A program made the translations under genes and the position numbers. Shown here piece after piece: positions 18,279-29,787 of a stretch of 64,000 bases of DNA (position 1 is the stretch's first letter; each line of letters opens with the position of its first letter). Source of the DNA: Flavobacteriales bacterium. GTDB taxonomy: Bacteria; Bacteroidota; Bacteroidia; NS11-12g; UBA955. The notes under the pieces were generated by a model. It ran no database searches. It saw only the letters and a program-made list of their open reading frames with translations, and was not told the origin of the DNA. The DNA lies in the NCBI GenBank assembly GCA_947496375.1, contig CANMCY010000002.1, positions 127,116-191,115 on the forward strand, in the 5' to 3' direction.

Positions 18279-19315
18279 GAATTTAATTTCCGAAAAGCCT
18301 GTTTTTGCTTAACCAGCATTTCTTTGGCAAGGTGAAATCCTACTACCACGGCTATTCCTAAAAACAAGCCAATAATGCCAAAAATGGCCCCTTTTTTATA
18401 GGGTTCCGGATAGGTTGCCTCCAATGGAAAGCGGATATCATCCACCACGGCTATAAAGGGCCGTTTTTTCTCCAGTTCCATTTTGGCGGCATTCAAAGCC
18501 GCCAGACTTTCTCCATACTGAGCATTCAGCATGTTAATGTCTCTCTGAAGTTGTGTCTGAGGAACACTGGCTCGGCGCATCACAGTTCCAAATCCCTGAT
18601 CCTGCATGGATGCTGAATTATATTCCTTTCCTTGCAGTGCAGCCAGCAAAGAATCCCTGCGACGAGTGGCGGCCTTAATGATCATATTGGCCCTATCCAT
18701 GCGCTTGTCGATGTAGAAATCTGAGATGGTATGAAGATGCTGCTCCAAAAAGCGCTTACAGAAAAAAGCATCGCTGTTTGAAAATGACATTACCAGCAAG
18801 CCGGATTCTTTAGACATGGCCTTGAAAGTGGGTTTAATGCCATTGCTGAAAGACCTAAGCATCTCATCTTTGCTGGGGTTGTCTCCTATTTTATACTCGC
18901 TTTTAAACCAGGCAGGGTTGGTGGAATCAACCCCCTGTTTTTCCAGCAAATGATTAATCAGGGGCATATATCGGCCGTTGGCAGATGTGTTTCTAAGCAA
19001 TGTGTATTCAATCAGCAGGTTGCTGAAGGCAAGATCATTCATAATGGCCTTGTTGCTGGTGGGTGACTGTCCGGTAATGGCCGCCATTAATGGATTGGCT
19101 GCCGGTGCTCCATTCAGTATCTCATCCTCCAGCATATAGGTAATCCGGGCTGTAAAAAAAGGTTCGTTTTGTCGTTCGTTATACCATTTATACAATCCCA
19201 AAAGGACACTAAATGCCACTGGTATATACCAGCTTCTCAGCAGCTTGCGCCAATAAGGTTTAATCAGTTTTAAATAACTGAACAGATTGAAAGGTTGCTT
19301 TGCCGGTGCGTTCAT
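18275..19315 (-). CDS. Wzz-like polysaccharide co-polymerase / chain-length regulator
   Basis: N- and C-terminal TM helices, central coiled coil, VVDDIRFP...P motif. Start coupled (TAATG) to the SLBB gene. Confidence 0.75.
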   Translation of the reverse strand: MNAPAKQPFNLFSYLKLIKPYWRKLLRSWYIPVAFSVLLGLYKWYNERQNEPFFTARITYMLEDEILNGAPAANPLMAAITGQSPTSNKAIMNDLAFSNLLIEYTLLRNTSANGRYMPLINHLLEKQGVDSTNPAWFKSEYKIGDNPSKDEMLRSFSNGIKPTFKAMSKESGLLVMSFSNSDAFFCKRFLEQHLHTISDFYIDKRMDRANMIIKAATRRRDSLLAALQGKEYNSASMQDQGFGTVMRRASVPQTQLQRDINMLNAQYGESLAALNAAKMELEKKRPFIAVVDDIRFPLEATYPEPYKKGAIFGIIGLFLGIAVVVGFHLAKEMLVKQKQAFRKLNS

Positions 19316-22300
19316 TATCTGCCTATTGCCAATCGATAAATACCTAATACAGACAATACCGTAGTAGCCCTCATCATGGTTTGATTGAGGAAACCATCCA
19401 CATTGAAACGCCTGCGCTGCTTGTAGGGTTCTTCTGTTTTCATGCGGTTGTTCACCACAATGGTACAACCCGGTTTGACTTTGGGGTATACTTTGAACAA
19501 CACATAATTCCGTGTAGCAATGCGTCGCCCACCCTGATACACCACCACCACTTTCTTTTTATCGGAGGTGTTGGTGAAACCGCCGCCAAAGAACTTGATG
19601 TAGAACTTGGCGCGTTTGTTTCTGAGGTAGTATGCTCCAATGTCGTTGGGGCTTTGTTTGTTCAAATCACCGGTCAGGTATACCAGGTTATCAGTGTAGG
19701 GAACATAAATGTAATCCCCGTCCTTCATGATGTGATTAAAACGCGACTTGCGGTCGCTCATGGCCTTGGGTGTTTTCAACACAATATCCAATGTATCACC
19801 GGGGGCCTGGCTTCTGCGCAAACGGCTGCCTTTGGGGTTGGCGTTGGGACGATAACCGCCTGCACGTTTAATAATGGCGGCCAGTTTATCGTTTTCTGAT
19901 TGCAGCGCATAATATCCGGGATAGTTGATAGCACCATCAATAAATACGAGCTTCAAAGGAACAAAATTGGGGTTTTTACGCACAAATACTTTATCAAATG
20001 GCTGAAGCTGCATATTCACCAGACGGTCATCAAAACTCAAGTTGCTGGTAATGGTAGTATTGAGAATCTGTGGTTTTAAGAATTGATATTTACCCTCTTT
20101 GAAGAAAAAGTTTCGTACCACTTCCACGGTGGTTCCTGCAGTAATAAACTCCAGTCCGCCTGCAGCATCTATCAGGTTTTGAAGCGTCATGTTTTCTGCA
20201 TAAACATACTCTCCTTGACGTCTAACAGGTCCATAGATAGAAACCATAAAATCATTCTTGAGTTCACTAAGGTCAAACAGCTGCAGAACATCATTCTTCT
20301 GAAGTACTATATTCTCCTTGCTATCCGGATTTTCGAGCACTTCGGCAAGGTTTACGGTTTTTAAACTCTGGTAGCCGGACTCGAGGTCAGTATGCACCAC
20401 AATAGCCCTGGATTTAAAGGTGTTGGTTTCTATTCCACCGGCCAGGTTAATCAAATCCGTCACACGCGTATTTTCGCTGAATCCAAAGGTTCCTCCTGCT
20501 TTTACCGGGCCGGTTACAGTCAGTGAGTAATTGCGCCTGAATGCCGTTTTTGAATACACCGTGATTTCATCTTTAGGCATGATTTCAAAATCAAACCATT
20601 CGCTGCCGGGTTTCACATCTTCGGGCTTAAACGGTATCAAACGTTTGTTAAAATTGGCATCTGTGCGCATGATAAAACCACTTTTTTCGTCAGCTTCATC
20701 ATTTAAACCACCCGCCATAAACAGCATTTCACCCAACTTAAGACCTGCAATGAATTGTTTTTGAAAAGGCCTTCGCACCGAGCCGGAGATTTTAACATCA
20801 TTAAATTTTCTTAAATCTGTGAGTCGGTAAATGACAATGGTATCGCGGTCTTCCAATTCCAGATCGGACGATGTTCCGGGCTTTGCCAAGGCTTCTGCAG
20901 GGTTAAAACTGATGTATTTCTTCTCGAGGGTCTTGGATGTTCTCACCAAAAATCCTCTCTCCGTAAATGCATCTGAGGTGAGTCCATTGGCGTTTTTAAT
21001 CATGCTGCTGATGCGCATGCCTTTTTTTACTTTGTAGTGCCCGGGTACTGAAACCGCACCGGAAATTTGTACCATAAACTGGTTATCGACCCCGATAAAT
21101 TTAATTTCTACTGATTCTCCACCGGTCATTACAAAATTCTTTTTGGCTTTCAGCAAACTGTCATAGTTAAGCGACAGCACCTCATATTCGTTGTTGCGGA
21201 TGCGCCTCAATAAAATGTCTTTTAAAAATGCATTGGGTTGTAAACCGCCGGCAAAGCGAATCAGGTCTGCCATGGTCTCTCCATTTTTTAATTCGTAGCG
21301 GCCGGGCCTGCGCACCGCACCACCAATATTGACAAGGTTAGCAACGGGTGCTACAATGATGTAATCGTTGTTCTGCAGAAATACATCCCGCTGATGTTTC
21401 ACGTCTGTGTAATACTCATACAAATCAAATGAATCCCTGATTTTGCCATCCCTTTTGATGTAAATATTCCTCACAGAACCAATATCCGTTGGGCCACCCA
21501 TGCTCACCAGCACGTTGAATGCACCGTTGGTGGCGGGAACCGTGTAGGTTCCGGGTGAAAACACTTCTCCAAAAATATTAACACTGACCATTCTGGGACG
21601 GGTAACAGTAACCGAAAAAGAGGATTCCTGACCACCCAGTCCCAATCGGGAACCAATCATTTCACGCACTTTTTGAAGCGACAGGCCTTTTACGAAAATT
21701 TTCTGGTATCCTTCTATGTCAATGCTTCCTGACTGACTCACTACGTAGGTTTTGCTCCAGTATCGGTATCCCCATACCTCCAGCTGAACCTGGTCACCTG
21801 TTCCCAAAACGTAATTGTCGGTAACCGCAATTTCGTCGGTTTTCTGAAAAAACTTAAAACTGCCATCGCGAAAGAACTGATGGCCGTATACACTGGCTGA
21901 AGGAAAATTCTTTTTGTTCTTGAATTTTTCCAGTTCCCTTTGCTGTTCTTCAATAATCGAACGTTCCTGCAAGGCAATTAACTTGAGGTTCTCCGTCTGT
22001 ATTCTGATTACTTCTTTCTCCTCAGGGGTGAGCAAATCCGGATCTTTTGATTTCAGATAGGCCAATTCCTGCTCCAGCTTCATACGCTGGCTTTTAAGGT
22101 TCATTTTTTTTACTTCCAGCTCATTCTTCTTTTCTTCAGGGTCAACTTCCTCATCTTCATTGCCATCATTATCCTGATTGTCAGTTTGGGCGGGTTTAGG
22201 GGTTTGCGGCTGCGGTTGATTCTGGGGTTTAGAAGTATCTGTATAGCCACCATAACCGGGCATCATTCCCGGCAACATTCCGGGAAACATAAACTGAGCT

Positions 22301-22359
22301 TGGATGCTTTCAACGCCCAATACCCAAACAAAAAACCCTATTAATATGCGCTTTTTCAC
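19315..22359 (-). CDS. Polysaccharide export protein with multiple SLBB domains (Wza/KpsD-like)
   Basis: Poly_export motif [16 protein letters not shown] and repeated GxVxxPGxY...LxxAGG units. Confidence 0.9.
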   Translation of the reverse strand: MKKRILIGFFVWVLGVESIQAQFMFPGMLPGMMPGYGGYTDTSKPQNQPQPQTPKPAQTDNQDNDGNEDEEVDPEEKKNELEVKKMNLKSQRMKLEQELAYLKSKDPDLLTPEEKEVIRIQTENLKLIALQERSIIEEQQRELEKFKNKKNFPSASVYGHQFFRDGSFKFFQKTDEIAVTDNYVLGTGDQVQLEVWGYRYWSKTYVVSQSGSIDIEGYQKIFVKGLSLQKVREMIGSRLGLGGQESSFSVTVTRPRMVSVNIFGEVFSPGTYTVPATNGAFNVLVSMGGPTDIGSVRNIYIKRDGKIRDSFDLYEYYTDVKHQRDVFLQNNDYIIVAPVANLVNIGGAVRRPGRYELKNGETMADLIRFAGGLQPNAFLKDILLRRIRNNEYEVLSLNYDSLLKAKKNFVMTGGESVEIKFIGVDNQFMVQISGAVSVPGHYKVKKGMRISSMIKNANGLTSDAFTERGFLVRTSKTLEKKYISFNPAEALAKPGTSSDLELEDRDTIVIYRLTDLRKFNDVKISGSVRRPFQKQFIAGLKLGEMLFMAGGLNDEADEKSGFIMRTDANFNKRLIPFKPEDVKPGSEWFDFEIMPKDEITVYSKTAFRRNYSLTVTGPVKAGGTFGFSENTRVTDLINLAGGIETNTFKSRAIVVHTDLESGYQSLKTVNLAEVLENPDSKENIVLQKNDVLQLFDLSELKNDFMVSIYGPVRRQGEYVYAENMTLQNLIDAAGGLEFITAGTTVEVVRNFFFKEGKYQFLKPQILNTTITSNLSFDDRLVNMQLQPFDKVFVRKNPNFVPLKLVFIDGAINYPGYYALQSENDKLAAIIKRAGGYRPNANPKGSRLRRSQAPGDTLDIVLKTPKAMSDRKSRFNHIMKDGDYIYVPYTDNLVYLTGDLNKQSPNDIGAYYLRNKRAKFYIKFFGGGFTNTSDKKKVVVVYQGGRRIATRNYVLFKVYPKVKPGCTIVVNNRMKTEEPYKQRRRFNVDGFLNQTMMRATTVLSVLGIYRLAIGR

Positions 22360-23216
22360 TTCAATAAATTGATTAAGTAATTGCCGTAACCACTTTTCTG
22401 AAGAGGAGTTGCAATTTTTTCCAGTTGATTATTGTCAATGTATCCGTTTCGCCATGCCAGTTCTTCAATACAGCCAATTTTTAGTCCTTGCCTTTCTTCA
22501 ATTACCTGAACAAACTGCCCGGCCTGCATGAGTGAAGCGAAAGTGCCTGTATCCAACCATGCGGTTCCGCGGTTAAGCACCTGCACTTTAAGTCGGCCAT
22601 TGGCAAGGTAGGTTCTGTTAACATCCGTGATTTCCAGTTCACCCCGAGGAGATGGTTTTAGGTTTTTGCTGATTTCCACCACTTCATTATCATAAAAATA
22701 CAATCCGGGAACCGCAAAATTGCTTTTCGGAATTGCGGGCTTTTCTTCAATGGAAAGTGCATTCATTTCTGCATCGAATGCTACCACACCGTATCTTTCA
22801 GGATCGCTTACATGGTAGGCAAACACAATTCCACCCTGAGGGTTCCGGCACTGCTGAAGGGTTTCCATCAGATCTGACCCAAAGAAAATATTATCTCCCA
22901 GAATTAGACTAACATTGTCATCACCAATAAATTTTTCACCTAGAACAAAGGCCTGAGCTAGGCCCTCGGGCCTGGGCTGAACACAATATTCAAAACGGCA
23001 ACCCAGCTGTGAACCATCGCCAAGCAATTTTTCAAACAGGGGCAGATCGTGGGGAGTAGAAATAATGAGCACTTCTCTGATACCGGCCATCAGCAGGGTT
23101 GAGAGCGGATAGTACACCATGGGCTTATCGTATACCGGCATAAGCTGCTTGCTCATGGCCAGGGTAAGCGGGTGTAAACGGGTGCCGGAACCTCCGGCCA
23201 GAATGATGCCTTTCAT
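22356..23216 (-). CDS. rfbA: Glucose-1-phosphate thymidylyltransferase
   Basis: [42 protein letters not shown] at 23227-23234 (-). Confidence 0.97.
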   Translation of the reverse strand: MKGIILAGGSGTRLHPLTLAMSKQLMPVYDKPMVYYPLSTLLMAGIREVLIISTPHDLPLFEKLLGDGSQLGCRFEYCVQPRPEGLAQAFVLGEKFIGDDNVSLILGDNIFFGSDLMETLQQCRNPQGGIVFAYHVSDPERYGVVAFDAEMNALSIEEKPAIPKSNFAVPGLYFYDNEVVEISKNLKPSPRGELEITDVNRTYLANGRLKVQVLNRGTAWLDTGTFASLMQAGQFVQVIEERQGLKIGCIEELAWRNGYIDNNQLEKIATPLQKSGYGNYLINLLK

Positions 23217-23356
23217 GAAACGATGGCAAATATACCAAGGGGTTACCTGTAGATACGGGAGTTGTCCATGAACTGTAATAATTATTGGACAGAGCAACCC
23301 TTAGTCCGTTCTTTTATGCCATTGGTCGGACAGGGCACATTCACTGCAAACAGTTG

Positions 23357-24337
23357 TTACAATGGATCCACCCACTTAAACCGCATTGATTCGACGGGAA
23401 CTTTCAGTCTTTCAGACAGTTTTTCCAGTCTGGCGGGAAGTGCCATCAGATAATCGCGTGATTTTTCGGCCGTTTCGTTCAGCCCGCAAAGTCCCCCAAC
23501 ATTCCAGTGGGCCAATAATGTTTTTAGAATAGTGATATAATCCTCTGCTGTGTAAACACCCAGTCGCTGAGCCGCATCTGCAAAGGCCTGAAAGGACTCA
23601 CCCACTGCCTGACCCGACTGCCTGAGCAGGTTGGCCGGCATCGCTATTTTTCGCTTCATCATATCGGCGAATACACTCAATACTTCAGATGCATCTAGCT
23701 CTATAATCTTTTTAACAAATTCACGATATGCCAGATGGTGGCGCATTTCATCACCGGCGATGGTTCTGCATAGCTTTTCCAGGTGGTGATTGCCTTTTTC
23801 TCTGGCTAACTCACCCACTCTCTTGTGCGAAATATGGGTGGCAAGCTCCTGAAAGCTGGTGTAAACGAAGTTTCGGTACGGGTCGCGATCCAGGCCCAGA
23901 TCAAATCCATCCATGATCAAATACTGTGTACTTATCTCAACTTCCCTCATGTTTACCCTACCGCTTAAATACAGGTATTTATTCAGTAAATCACCATGCC
24001 TGTTTTCTTCTGCACTCCACTGTCTTATCCAGTTGCTCCACGCGTTTCCATTTTCCTGATCTACCCCCTGCACATTCATTAGCCAACTCTCATACGTAGG
24101 CAGTGCCTCTTCCGTTATCATATCGCCAATCAACACTATCCAGAAATCGTAATCCAGCTCCAGGGCAGCTTCTTTCAGTTCTTTCACCCTGGGTATAAAA
24201 TTCTCCTCTCGTGAATCAGGCAAAAAATCGGACGGCTGCCAGATTTGCTCGGCCGGTATCAGGTATTTTTCCGTAAAGCCGGCAACATCCTTTTCCATTG
24301 ACCGCATCACTTCCATTCTCACATCCAATAAAGACAT
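23357..24337 (-). CDS. Soluble acyl-ACP desaturase (di-iron, ferritin-like)
   Basis: WQPSDFLPD, GDMITEEALPTY, WSAEENRHG, YTSFQELAT, DEMRH. Confidence 0.93.
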   Translation of the reverse strand: MSLLDVRMEVMRSMEKDVAGFTEKYLIPAEQIWQPSDFLPDSREENFIPRVKELKEAALELDYDFWIVLIGDMITEEALPTYESWLMNVQGVDQENGNAWSNWIRQWSAEENRHGDLLNKYLYLSGRVNMREVEISTQYLIMDGFDLGLDRDPYRNFVYTSFQELATHISHKRVGELAREKGNHHLEKLCRTIAGDEMRHHLAYREFVKKIIELDASEVLSVFADMMKRKIAMPANLLRQSGQAVGESFQAFADAAQRLGVYTAEDYITILKTLLAHWNVGGLCGLNETAEKSRDYLMALPARLEKLSERLKVPVESMRFKWVDPL

Positions 24338-24480
24338 GGGTGCAAGGTACAGCTAATTTATGGGTTGAAAGAAAATAAAATCAGTTTATTACGGCCAGAA
24401 ACGTCATGTGAACCTTACGCCCGATAGCATTATTTTGTATACCATCCTGCCATTTAAAAGGCCGACGCCGGATATTAATT

Positions 24481-25380
24481 TCACTCCCAGCCCGCCTGTT
24501 TCGCAACCAGGGCAAGTCCATCGCTGAAGTTGTGCGGAGCATAGCCCAGTTCTTTCTGCGCCTTGCTAATATCAAGCCCGGTAATGGGCGGTCTTTTCGC
24601 GGGCTGATTTAATGTTTCGCTGCTCACCAAAGAAATTTGATCCAATTGGAAGTCAAAATATTGGCCCACTCGCTCCATGAGTTCGTGTATACCAAAATAA
24701 TCCGGTCCGGCTATATTGTATATGCCACTTGCCTGTTTTTGTTGAACCAGAAAGCACCCCATGGCCAAATCTTCGGCGAGGGTTGGTGTTCTGTATTGAT
24801 CGTTCACCACCTTGGCCGCTGTGCCATTTTTGAGCGTCTGGTATGCCCATAGCACAATATTGCTGCGGCTCATATCCTGTACTACTCCGTAAACCAATAC
24901 CGTTCTTAATATTGCCCAGTCACGTGCATACTGCATTACCCTTTTTTCACCTTCCCATTTACTGCGTCCATAATTACTAAGGGGCCTGGGCTCTTCTTCT
25001 TCTGTGTACATCGGATGGGTTCCATCGAAAATAAAATCTGTACTTAGGTGAATTAGTTTAAAGCCCAGTTCAGAGGACAGCCGGGCCAGGTTTTCCACTG
25101 CATCAACATTCATGGCATCACAACCTGTTTTGTCTGACTCACAGGCGTCTACGTTGGTCATGGCAGCTGTGTTGATGACGGCTTTGGGCTTATACTTCTC
25201 TAACAATGACCTCATCCTGCCATGATCAGTAATATCGGCATCCTCATAAAAATAACCGGTTTTGACCGGATGTCTGTTCGGGCCCTTACCGGTTGCCACA
25301 AATGGTATTTCCGGATGCCTCAGGTATAAATCAGTGAGTTTTTGGCCCAGCAGGCCGTTAGATCCGGTAATGAAAACCAT
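24481..25380 (-). CDS. rfbD: dTDP-4-dehydrorhamnose reductase family SDR
   Basis: TGSNGLLG, AAMTNVDACE, STDFIFDG, YGRSK, DQYRTPT. Confidence 0.85.
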   Translation of the reverse strand: MVFITGSNGLLGQKLTDLYLRHPEIPFVATGKGPNRHPVKTGYFYEDADITDHGRMRSLLEKYKPKAVINTAAMTNVDACESDKTGCDAMNVDAVENLARLSSELGFKLIHLSTDFIFDGTHPMYTEEEEPRPLSNYGRSKWEGEKRVMQYARDWAILRTVLVYGVVQDMSRSNIVLWAYQTLKNGTAAKVVNDQYRTPTLAEDLAMGCFLVQQKQASGIYNIAGPDYFGIHELMERVGQYFDFQLDQISLVSSETLNQPAKRPPITGLDISKAQKELGYAPHNFSDGLALVAKQAGWE

Positions 25381-25435
25381 GCAATTAATTAGGGACAAAT
25401 TTATGGAAACACACCATTGTTTATCCCTTTTTTTA

Positions 25436-26779
25436 TCACCCAATCATGCCTTTTGCTTTGAGTTCAAGGTATTTATTGAGGGTACTGATGGTCAGCTCTT
25501 CAGGTTTGCATACGATACTTTGTATACCGTGGTTGGCAAGTTCTACGGCCATTTGCTTTTTATCAGCCACCATTTGCCTGGCAACCATGCGGTTGTATAT
25601 TTCCTGCAAACTGCCTGAGGGTTCAAAAGCAAATTGCTCCACCTCTGCATTGCTAAAAAACACTACCACCAATAGGTGATGTTTATTGAGTTTTCGCAAA
25701 ACCGACATCACCCTTTGCATGGCCACCAGCGTTTCAAAATTGGTGAACAAAAACAGGAGAGCTCTTCCCTGACTCACACGCTTTAAGGCATTATAAACAA
25801 ATTCGTAATCGGCCTCGGTGCGTCGGTATTTTTCGGCATGGAGGGCATCCATAATTCGGCCCATTTGTCCCGGGCTGCTGTCAGCACGCAGGGCTGTTCC
25901 CAACCGATCTGAGAAAGTAAGTAATCCTGCCTTGTCGCCTTTCTGGAGCGCAATGTTGGCGACTACAGCACCGGCATTGACCGCATAATCAAGCAATGTC
26001 ATTCCCCCAAAAGCCATGTTCATGGGTCTGCTTTTGTCTATGAGCACATATACGGGCTGGGCTTTTTCTTCGGTAAAATGATTGGTTTTAAGGGAGGTTG
26101 TTTTCCCCGTGGCCTTCCAGTTGATATGCCTTATATCATCTCCCTGAACGTATTCCTTAATTTGCTCAAATTCATAGCTCATGCCAATACGCCTGACTTT
26201 TTTGAAACCATGAAATCGGGCGATATTTTGGAGGGTGTATAAACTATATTTTCTAAGTTGAACAAAGCTGGGATAAACAGATACCTCCTGCACTTGTTCC
26301 TTACTGACCCTTCTGCCCAGCAGCCCCAGAGGAGTGCTGATGATAACACGGATTTGACCGAAAGAATACAACCCGCGTTTCAGTGGTTTTACGGTATATT
26401 GTTTTTCAGCGCTTCGGTATGGTCCTAAAGAGGCATTAAGGGAAAATCGGCGCTCCTGAAGTTCTACCGGTAATTCATCCCAGATGCGGCACTGCCATGG
26501 CAACGGGGACTTGTTTTGAAGTAAAATCACCACGATGTTGTCATCCCCCAGGCTCCATTTAGGGCTGCATTCTCTCTGTAGTTCCAGCGGATTAGATGGA
26601 ATAAACAGCAAAAGCAAATCCATTATTGCAGCAGCAGACAGCAGCAGCAAAGCAGTTTGTGCAACTGATAGCAGAAATGGAAAGGGGTAAGCCATCACAA
26701 ACAAAACCCATACGCAGGAAAGCAGCCACCATGTTCGCGGCTGCATATACAAATCAAAGCGTTGGGCCAGTTTATTCAT
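25436..26779 (-). CDS. DUF58 domain membrane protein (vWA-like)
   Basis: N-terminal TMs, EFEQIKEYVQGDDIRHINWKAT, IDKSRPM. Confidence 0.92.
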   Translation of the reverse strand: MNKLAQRFDLYMQPRTWWLLSCVWVLFVMAYPFPFLLSVAQTALLLLSAAAIMDLLLLFIPSNPLELQRECSPKWSLGDDNIVVILLQNKSPLPWQCRIWDELPVELQERRFSLNASLGPYRSAEKQYTVKPLKRGLYSFGQIRVIISTPLGLLGRRVSKEQVQEVSVYPSFVQLRKYSLYTLQNIARFHGFKKVRRIGMSYEFEQIKEYVQGDDIRHINWKATGKTTSLKTNHFTEEKAQPVYVLIDKSRPMNMAFGGMTLLDYAVNAGAVVANIALQKGDKAGLLTFSDRLGTALRADSSPGQMGRIMDALHAEKYRRTEADYEFVYNALKRVSQGRALLFLFTNFETLVAMQRVMSVLRKLNKHHLLVVVFFSNAEVEQFAFEPSGSLQEIYNRMVARQMVADKKQMAVELANHGIQSIVCKPEELTISTLNKYLELKAKGMIG

Positions 26780-27774
26780 CAGCGGGGCACTTCCACGGTT
26801 TTGAGGATTTCTTCCACCACCTGCTTGATTGCAATACCCTCCATTTCACTTTCGGGTGTAAGGATAAGGCGGTGATTCAGTACCGGATAGGTTACTGTCC
26901 TGATATCATCGGGGGTAACAAAGCTGCGGCCATTCATGGCGGCAATCACACGGCTGCTGCGCATAATCGCAAGACCGGCGCGGGGAGAGGCCCCCAGATA
27001 TAAATCACGATGGTTGCGGGTTGCGCTTATCACACCGGCTATGTAGCGCAACAACTCATCTTTCACATAGACCTTGTCCAGCAGAGCCCTGATTTCTTTC
27101 ACCTTGGCGGCAGTAAGCACGGGTTTGATGCCGGCAATGGCTGTGGATGTGTCACCGCTACTGAACCTTGATAAAATCTGATATTCCTCCTCGGGAGAAG
27201 GGTATTCCATCACGATTTTCATCATGAAGCGGTCTTGCTGTGCTTCAGGCAATTTATAGGTTCCTTCCTGTTCTATGGGGTTTTGGGTTGCGAGCACCAT
27301 AAACGGCTGCGGAACGGGATGGGTGGTACCGTCAATGGTAACCTGATGCTCTTCCATCACCTCGAATAACGCCGCCTGTGTTTTAGCGGGTGAGCGGTTA
27401 ATTTCATCAATCAACACAATATTGGCAAACACAGGACCCCGTTTAAATTCAAATTCGTGGTTTTTAAGGTTAAACACACTGGTTCCGGTTACGTCGGCCG
27501 GCATCAGATCCGGTGTAAACTGGATACGGCTAAAATCGAGATCAAGAGAGCGTGCCAGCAATTTAGCCGCTGTAGTTTTGGCTATTCCGGGTACCCCTTC
27601 CAGCAGGATATGACCATTAGAGAAGAGTGCGGAAAGCATTAAATCTACCATGTTTTGCTGACCAATCAGCACTTTACTCATTTCCGCCCTGATTTGTGCA
27701 ACCGCAGTGTGAAACGGCTCCAGATTCAGCTCATGCGGACTTTGCAGTTCGTTTTGTATTTCCTGATTTTCCAT
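26779..27774 (-). CDS. moxR: MoxR-family AAA+ ATPase
   Basis: GVPGIAKT, RIQFTPDLMPAD, LIDEINR, ATQNPIEQEGTY, GASPR. Confidence 0.95.
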   Translation of the reverse strand: MENQEIQNELQSPHELNLEPFHTAVAQIRAEMSKVLIGQQNMVDLMLSALFSNGHILLEGVPGIAKTTAAKLLARSLDLDFSRIQFTPDLMPADVTGTSVFNLKNHEFEFKRGPVFANIVLIDEINRSPAKTQAALFEVMEEHQVTIDGTTHPVPQPFMVLATQNPIEQEGTYKLPEAQQDRFMMKIVMEYPSPEEEYQILSRFSSGDTSTAIAGIKPVLTAAKVKEIRALLDKVYVKDELLRYIAGVISATRNHRDLYLGASPRAGLAIMRSSRVIAAMNGRSFVTPDDIRTVTYPVLNHRLILTPESEMEGIAIKQVVEEILKTVEVPR

Positions 27775-29035
27775 AATTTTTTCTATATTCTTCGTAAAAA
27801 CGGCCTATGGCCTTGTTGGTTTCTGTTAATTCCGCTGCGCTCAGTGATTCATGATGCCTGTATTTTTCATGCACCGATACAACATGTTCAATGGTTTTTA
27901 TTGAAACACCGGTTTTATCGGAAAGCTTCTTCAATTCCTCTTCATTCAGGGATTTTAGGCGAAACCGAAACTGTTGCTGCAAAAAGGATACAAACTGATT
28001 CCATTCTCGCTGATATACCAGTGCGTTTTGCTTTTCGTTTTTGTAAAAACGACCTATGGCATCTACGAATGCCATGGTGTGATTTGCAGGGGGTTCAATA
28101 ACCGGTATACCTCGCTGTTTGCGTCTGCCTGCAAAAACCAGAAACAACACAACCGACACCAGCAATAATTGCCAGGCATACCACAAAGCCGGTTCCCCTT
28201 TAATAAAATCCAGCATGTTGCTGTTTTCTGATGTGACGGCATCTTTTTTAGGGAAACCAGCCCCACGATCAAACACCACCCGATTTCCGGGCAGGTGCCT
28301 CAGCACATTGGAAAGATAAGCCCTTCCATAGGGTAAAGTCTGATACACATTCCCAAACATGACAGGATTTGCGTGCAAAAAAAGCTTGCCGGAACCATGA
28401 TAGATGCATATAAAGTCCGGTCCTTTTTGAGAATTTGCGGAAACAATGGCCAAACCGGTTGGATCCTCACTGCCGGGTGAAAAATCGGTTTCTTCCGGCT
28501 TGGTAAAAGACTGGAAGGTCAGCCAACCTCTGGATTCCGGTATCAGGCGGTTATAGTGATAAAAAACCACCCTGGAGGGGTTCGCCTGCTTATGACGGAA
28601 AACTACTGGGAATGAATCGTAATCATTAACCTCTGTTTCGGAATTTTTAAGCAGGGGAAAAGCATCCAGCAGTGCTTCCGGCATACCCGCGGCGCTGATA
28701 AAAGCCGTGCCACCCTCAAAAACATGGTCCTTCAACACGGCTGCCTCGTCGGCCGTCAGGTAGCAATTTCGGCCAACAAACATATAAATATCGGCATTGC
28801 CCGGGTTTATGTCTTTGGTATTGTCGGTCAGACTTTCATTGTCTTTGATTTCATCAAATTGCCCTCCGTATTCCGTCTTTATCGTTTCGTAAAAAATGGA
28901 AAGATCATAGGGTTCATTTTCTCCAAGGCGATACGTTCGGTTCCATTTGTATTTATTGCCGTCCCGGTTGATAAAATACAGCAGTCCTACCAGCGATAGC
29001 AGCACCAGACCAACGATTACAGCACGATTATTCAC
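27731..29035 (-). CDS. DUF4350-like membrane-anchored protein
   Basis: N-terminal TM, GGTAFISA, GKLFLHANP, second TM, then RRKQRGIPVIEPPAN...FVDAIGRFY. Position upstream of moxR. Confidence 0.75.
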   Translation of the reverse strand: MNNRAVIVGLVLLSLVGLLYFINRDGNKYKWNRTYRLGENEPYDLSIFYETIKTEYGGQFDEIKDNESLTDNTKDINPGNADIYMFVGRNCYLTADEAAVLKDHVFEGGTAFISAAGMPEALLDAFPLLKNSETEVNDYDSFPVVFRHKQANPSRVVFYHYNRLIPESRGWLTFQSFTKPEETDFSPGSEDPTGLAIVSANSQKGPDFICIYHGSGKLFLHANPVMFGNVYQTLPYGRAYLSNVLRHLPGNRVVFDRGAGFPKKDAVTSENSNMLDFIKGEPALWYAWQLLLVSVVLFLVFAGRRKQRGIPVIEPPANHTMAFVDAIGRFYKNEKQNALVYQREWNQFVSFLQQQFRFRLKSLNEEELKKLSDKTGVSIKTIEHVVSVHEKYRHHESLSAAELTETNKAIGRFYEEYRKNYGKSGNTKRTAKSA

Positions 29036-29787
29036 CTGCGGCTCCTTTCTGCCATTTCATGGAAAGCCGGTGCAAGCTGCTTGTATTGGTGATCATCAGG
29101 TGTGGCCTCGCCGTACCATACCATCTCATATATGCCGGTGATGTGGCTAAACAACCCATGCAACCCCGCTTTCTCCAGCTCCTCAATATACTGACGGTTC
29201 GTTTTTTCGGGAGAGGGTTTTACCCTTTCACTGTCTATGAGTTGTTTAAGACTTTTGAGGTAAAGTAACCGTATGGCAAGGCGGTATTGTTTGCCTTCTA
29301 CAGCGTCCTGCAGGTCTGTTTCCAGGGTTAGAGAATCAAGGTTCCATGCTTCTTCCCACTCGGCAGGACCCGCCAGAGAAGTTCGCCTGCTGTAGCGGTT
29401 GCGCTTACCCGATTTGAAGATTAAATAGACCAGTAAACTGACCAGTATCACTACTGCTACCCAAAAGATAAAATCCTTGAAACGCCCGATGTTGCCGGGA
29501 ACATCAAAATCGGGTTTGCGGAATTTTGATTTAGACACTTGCTCCGGAGTCGTTTCTGCATAATTTACATTTTTTACCCGCTCCTCCATGGCCCTGGCAT
29601 CTGCTTTTTTGCCTGTTAACGGTTCCTTTTCGAAAACTTCCTGCCCCCCGGCGGTATATGGCATTGCAGAGGATGAATCGGCAACAACCTCATTCCCTAT
29701 AACGGATTCCTCCACAGGGGTTTGGTATTGTGCATTCAAGGAAAACACACAGCAAAACACCAATAGCAGACTACTCTGTTTCCACAC
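29032..29787 (-). CDS. DUF4129 domain protein
   Basis: Signal peptide plus TM, YRLAIRLLYLKSL, KTNRQY, YEMVWYGE. Confidence 0.85.
   Translation of the reverse strand: MWKQSSLLLVFCCVFSLNAQYQTPVEESVIGNEVVADSSSAMPYTAGGQEVFEKEPLTGKKADARAMEERVKNVNYAETTPEQVSKSKFRKPDFDVPGNIGRFKDFIFWVAVVILVSLLVYLIFKSGKRNRYSRRTSLAGPAEWEEAWNLDSLTLETDLQDAVEGKQYRLAIRLLYLKSLKQLIDSERVKPSPEKTNRQYIEELEKAGLHGLFSHITGIYEMVWYGEATPDDHQYKQLAPAFHEMAERSRR

Noticed and set aside
19381-19899. 172-aa antisense ORF (likewise 32617-33294, 34604-35164, 36873-37541, 46477-47034)
   Set aside because: Each lies opposite well-supported genes and has no recognisable motifs.
26779-27774. MoxR as an anti-phage ATPase module
   Set aside because: No nuclease or effector genes nearby. 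The context is the membrane DUF58/DUF4350 type with host-like composition.
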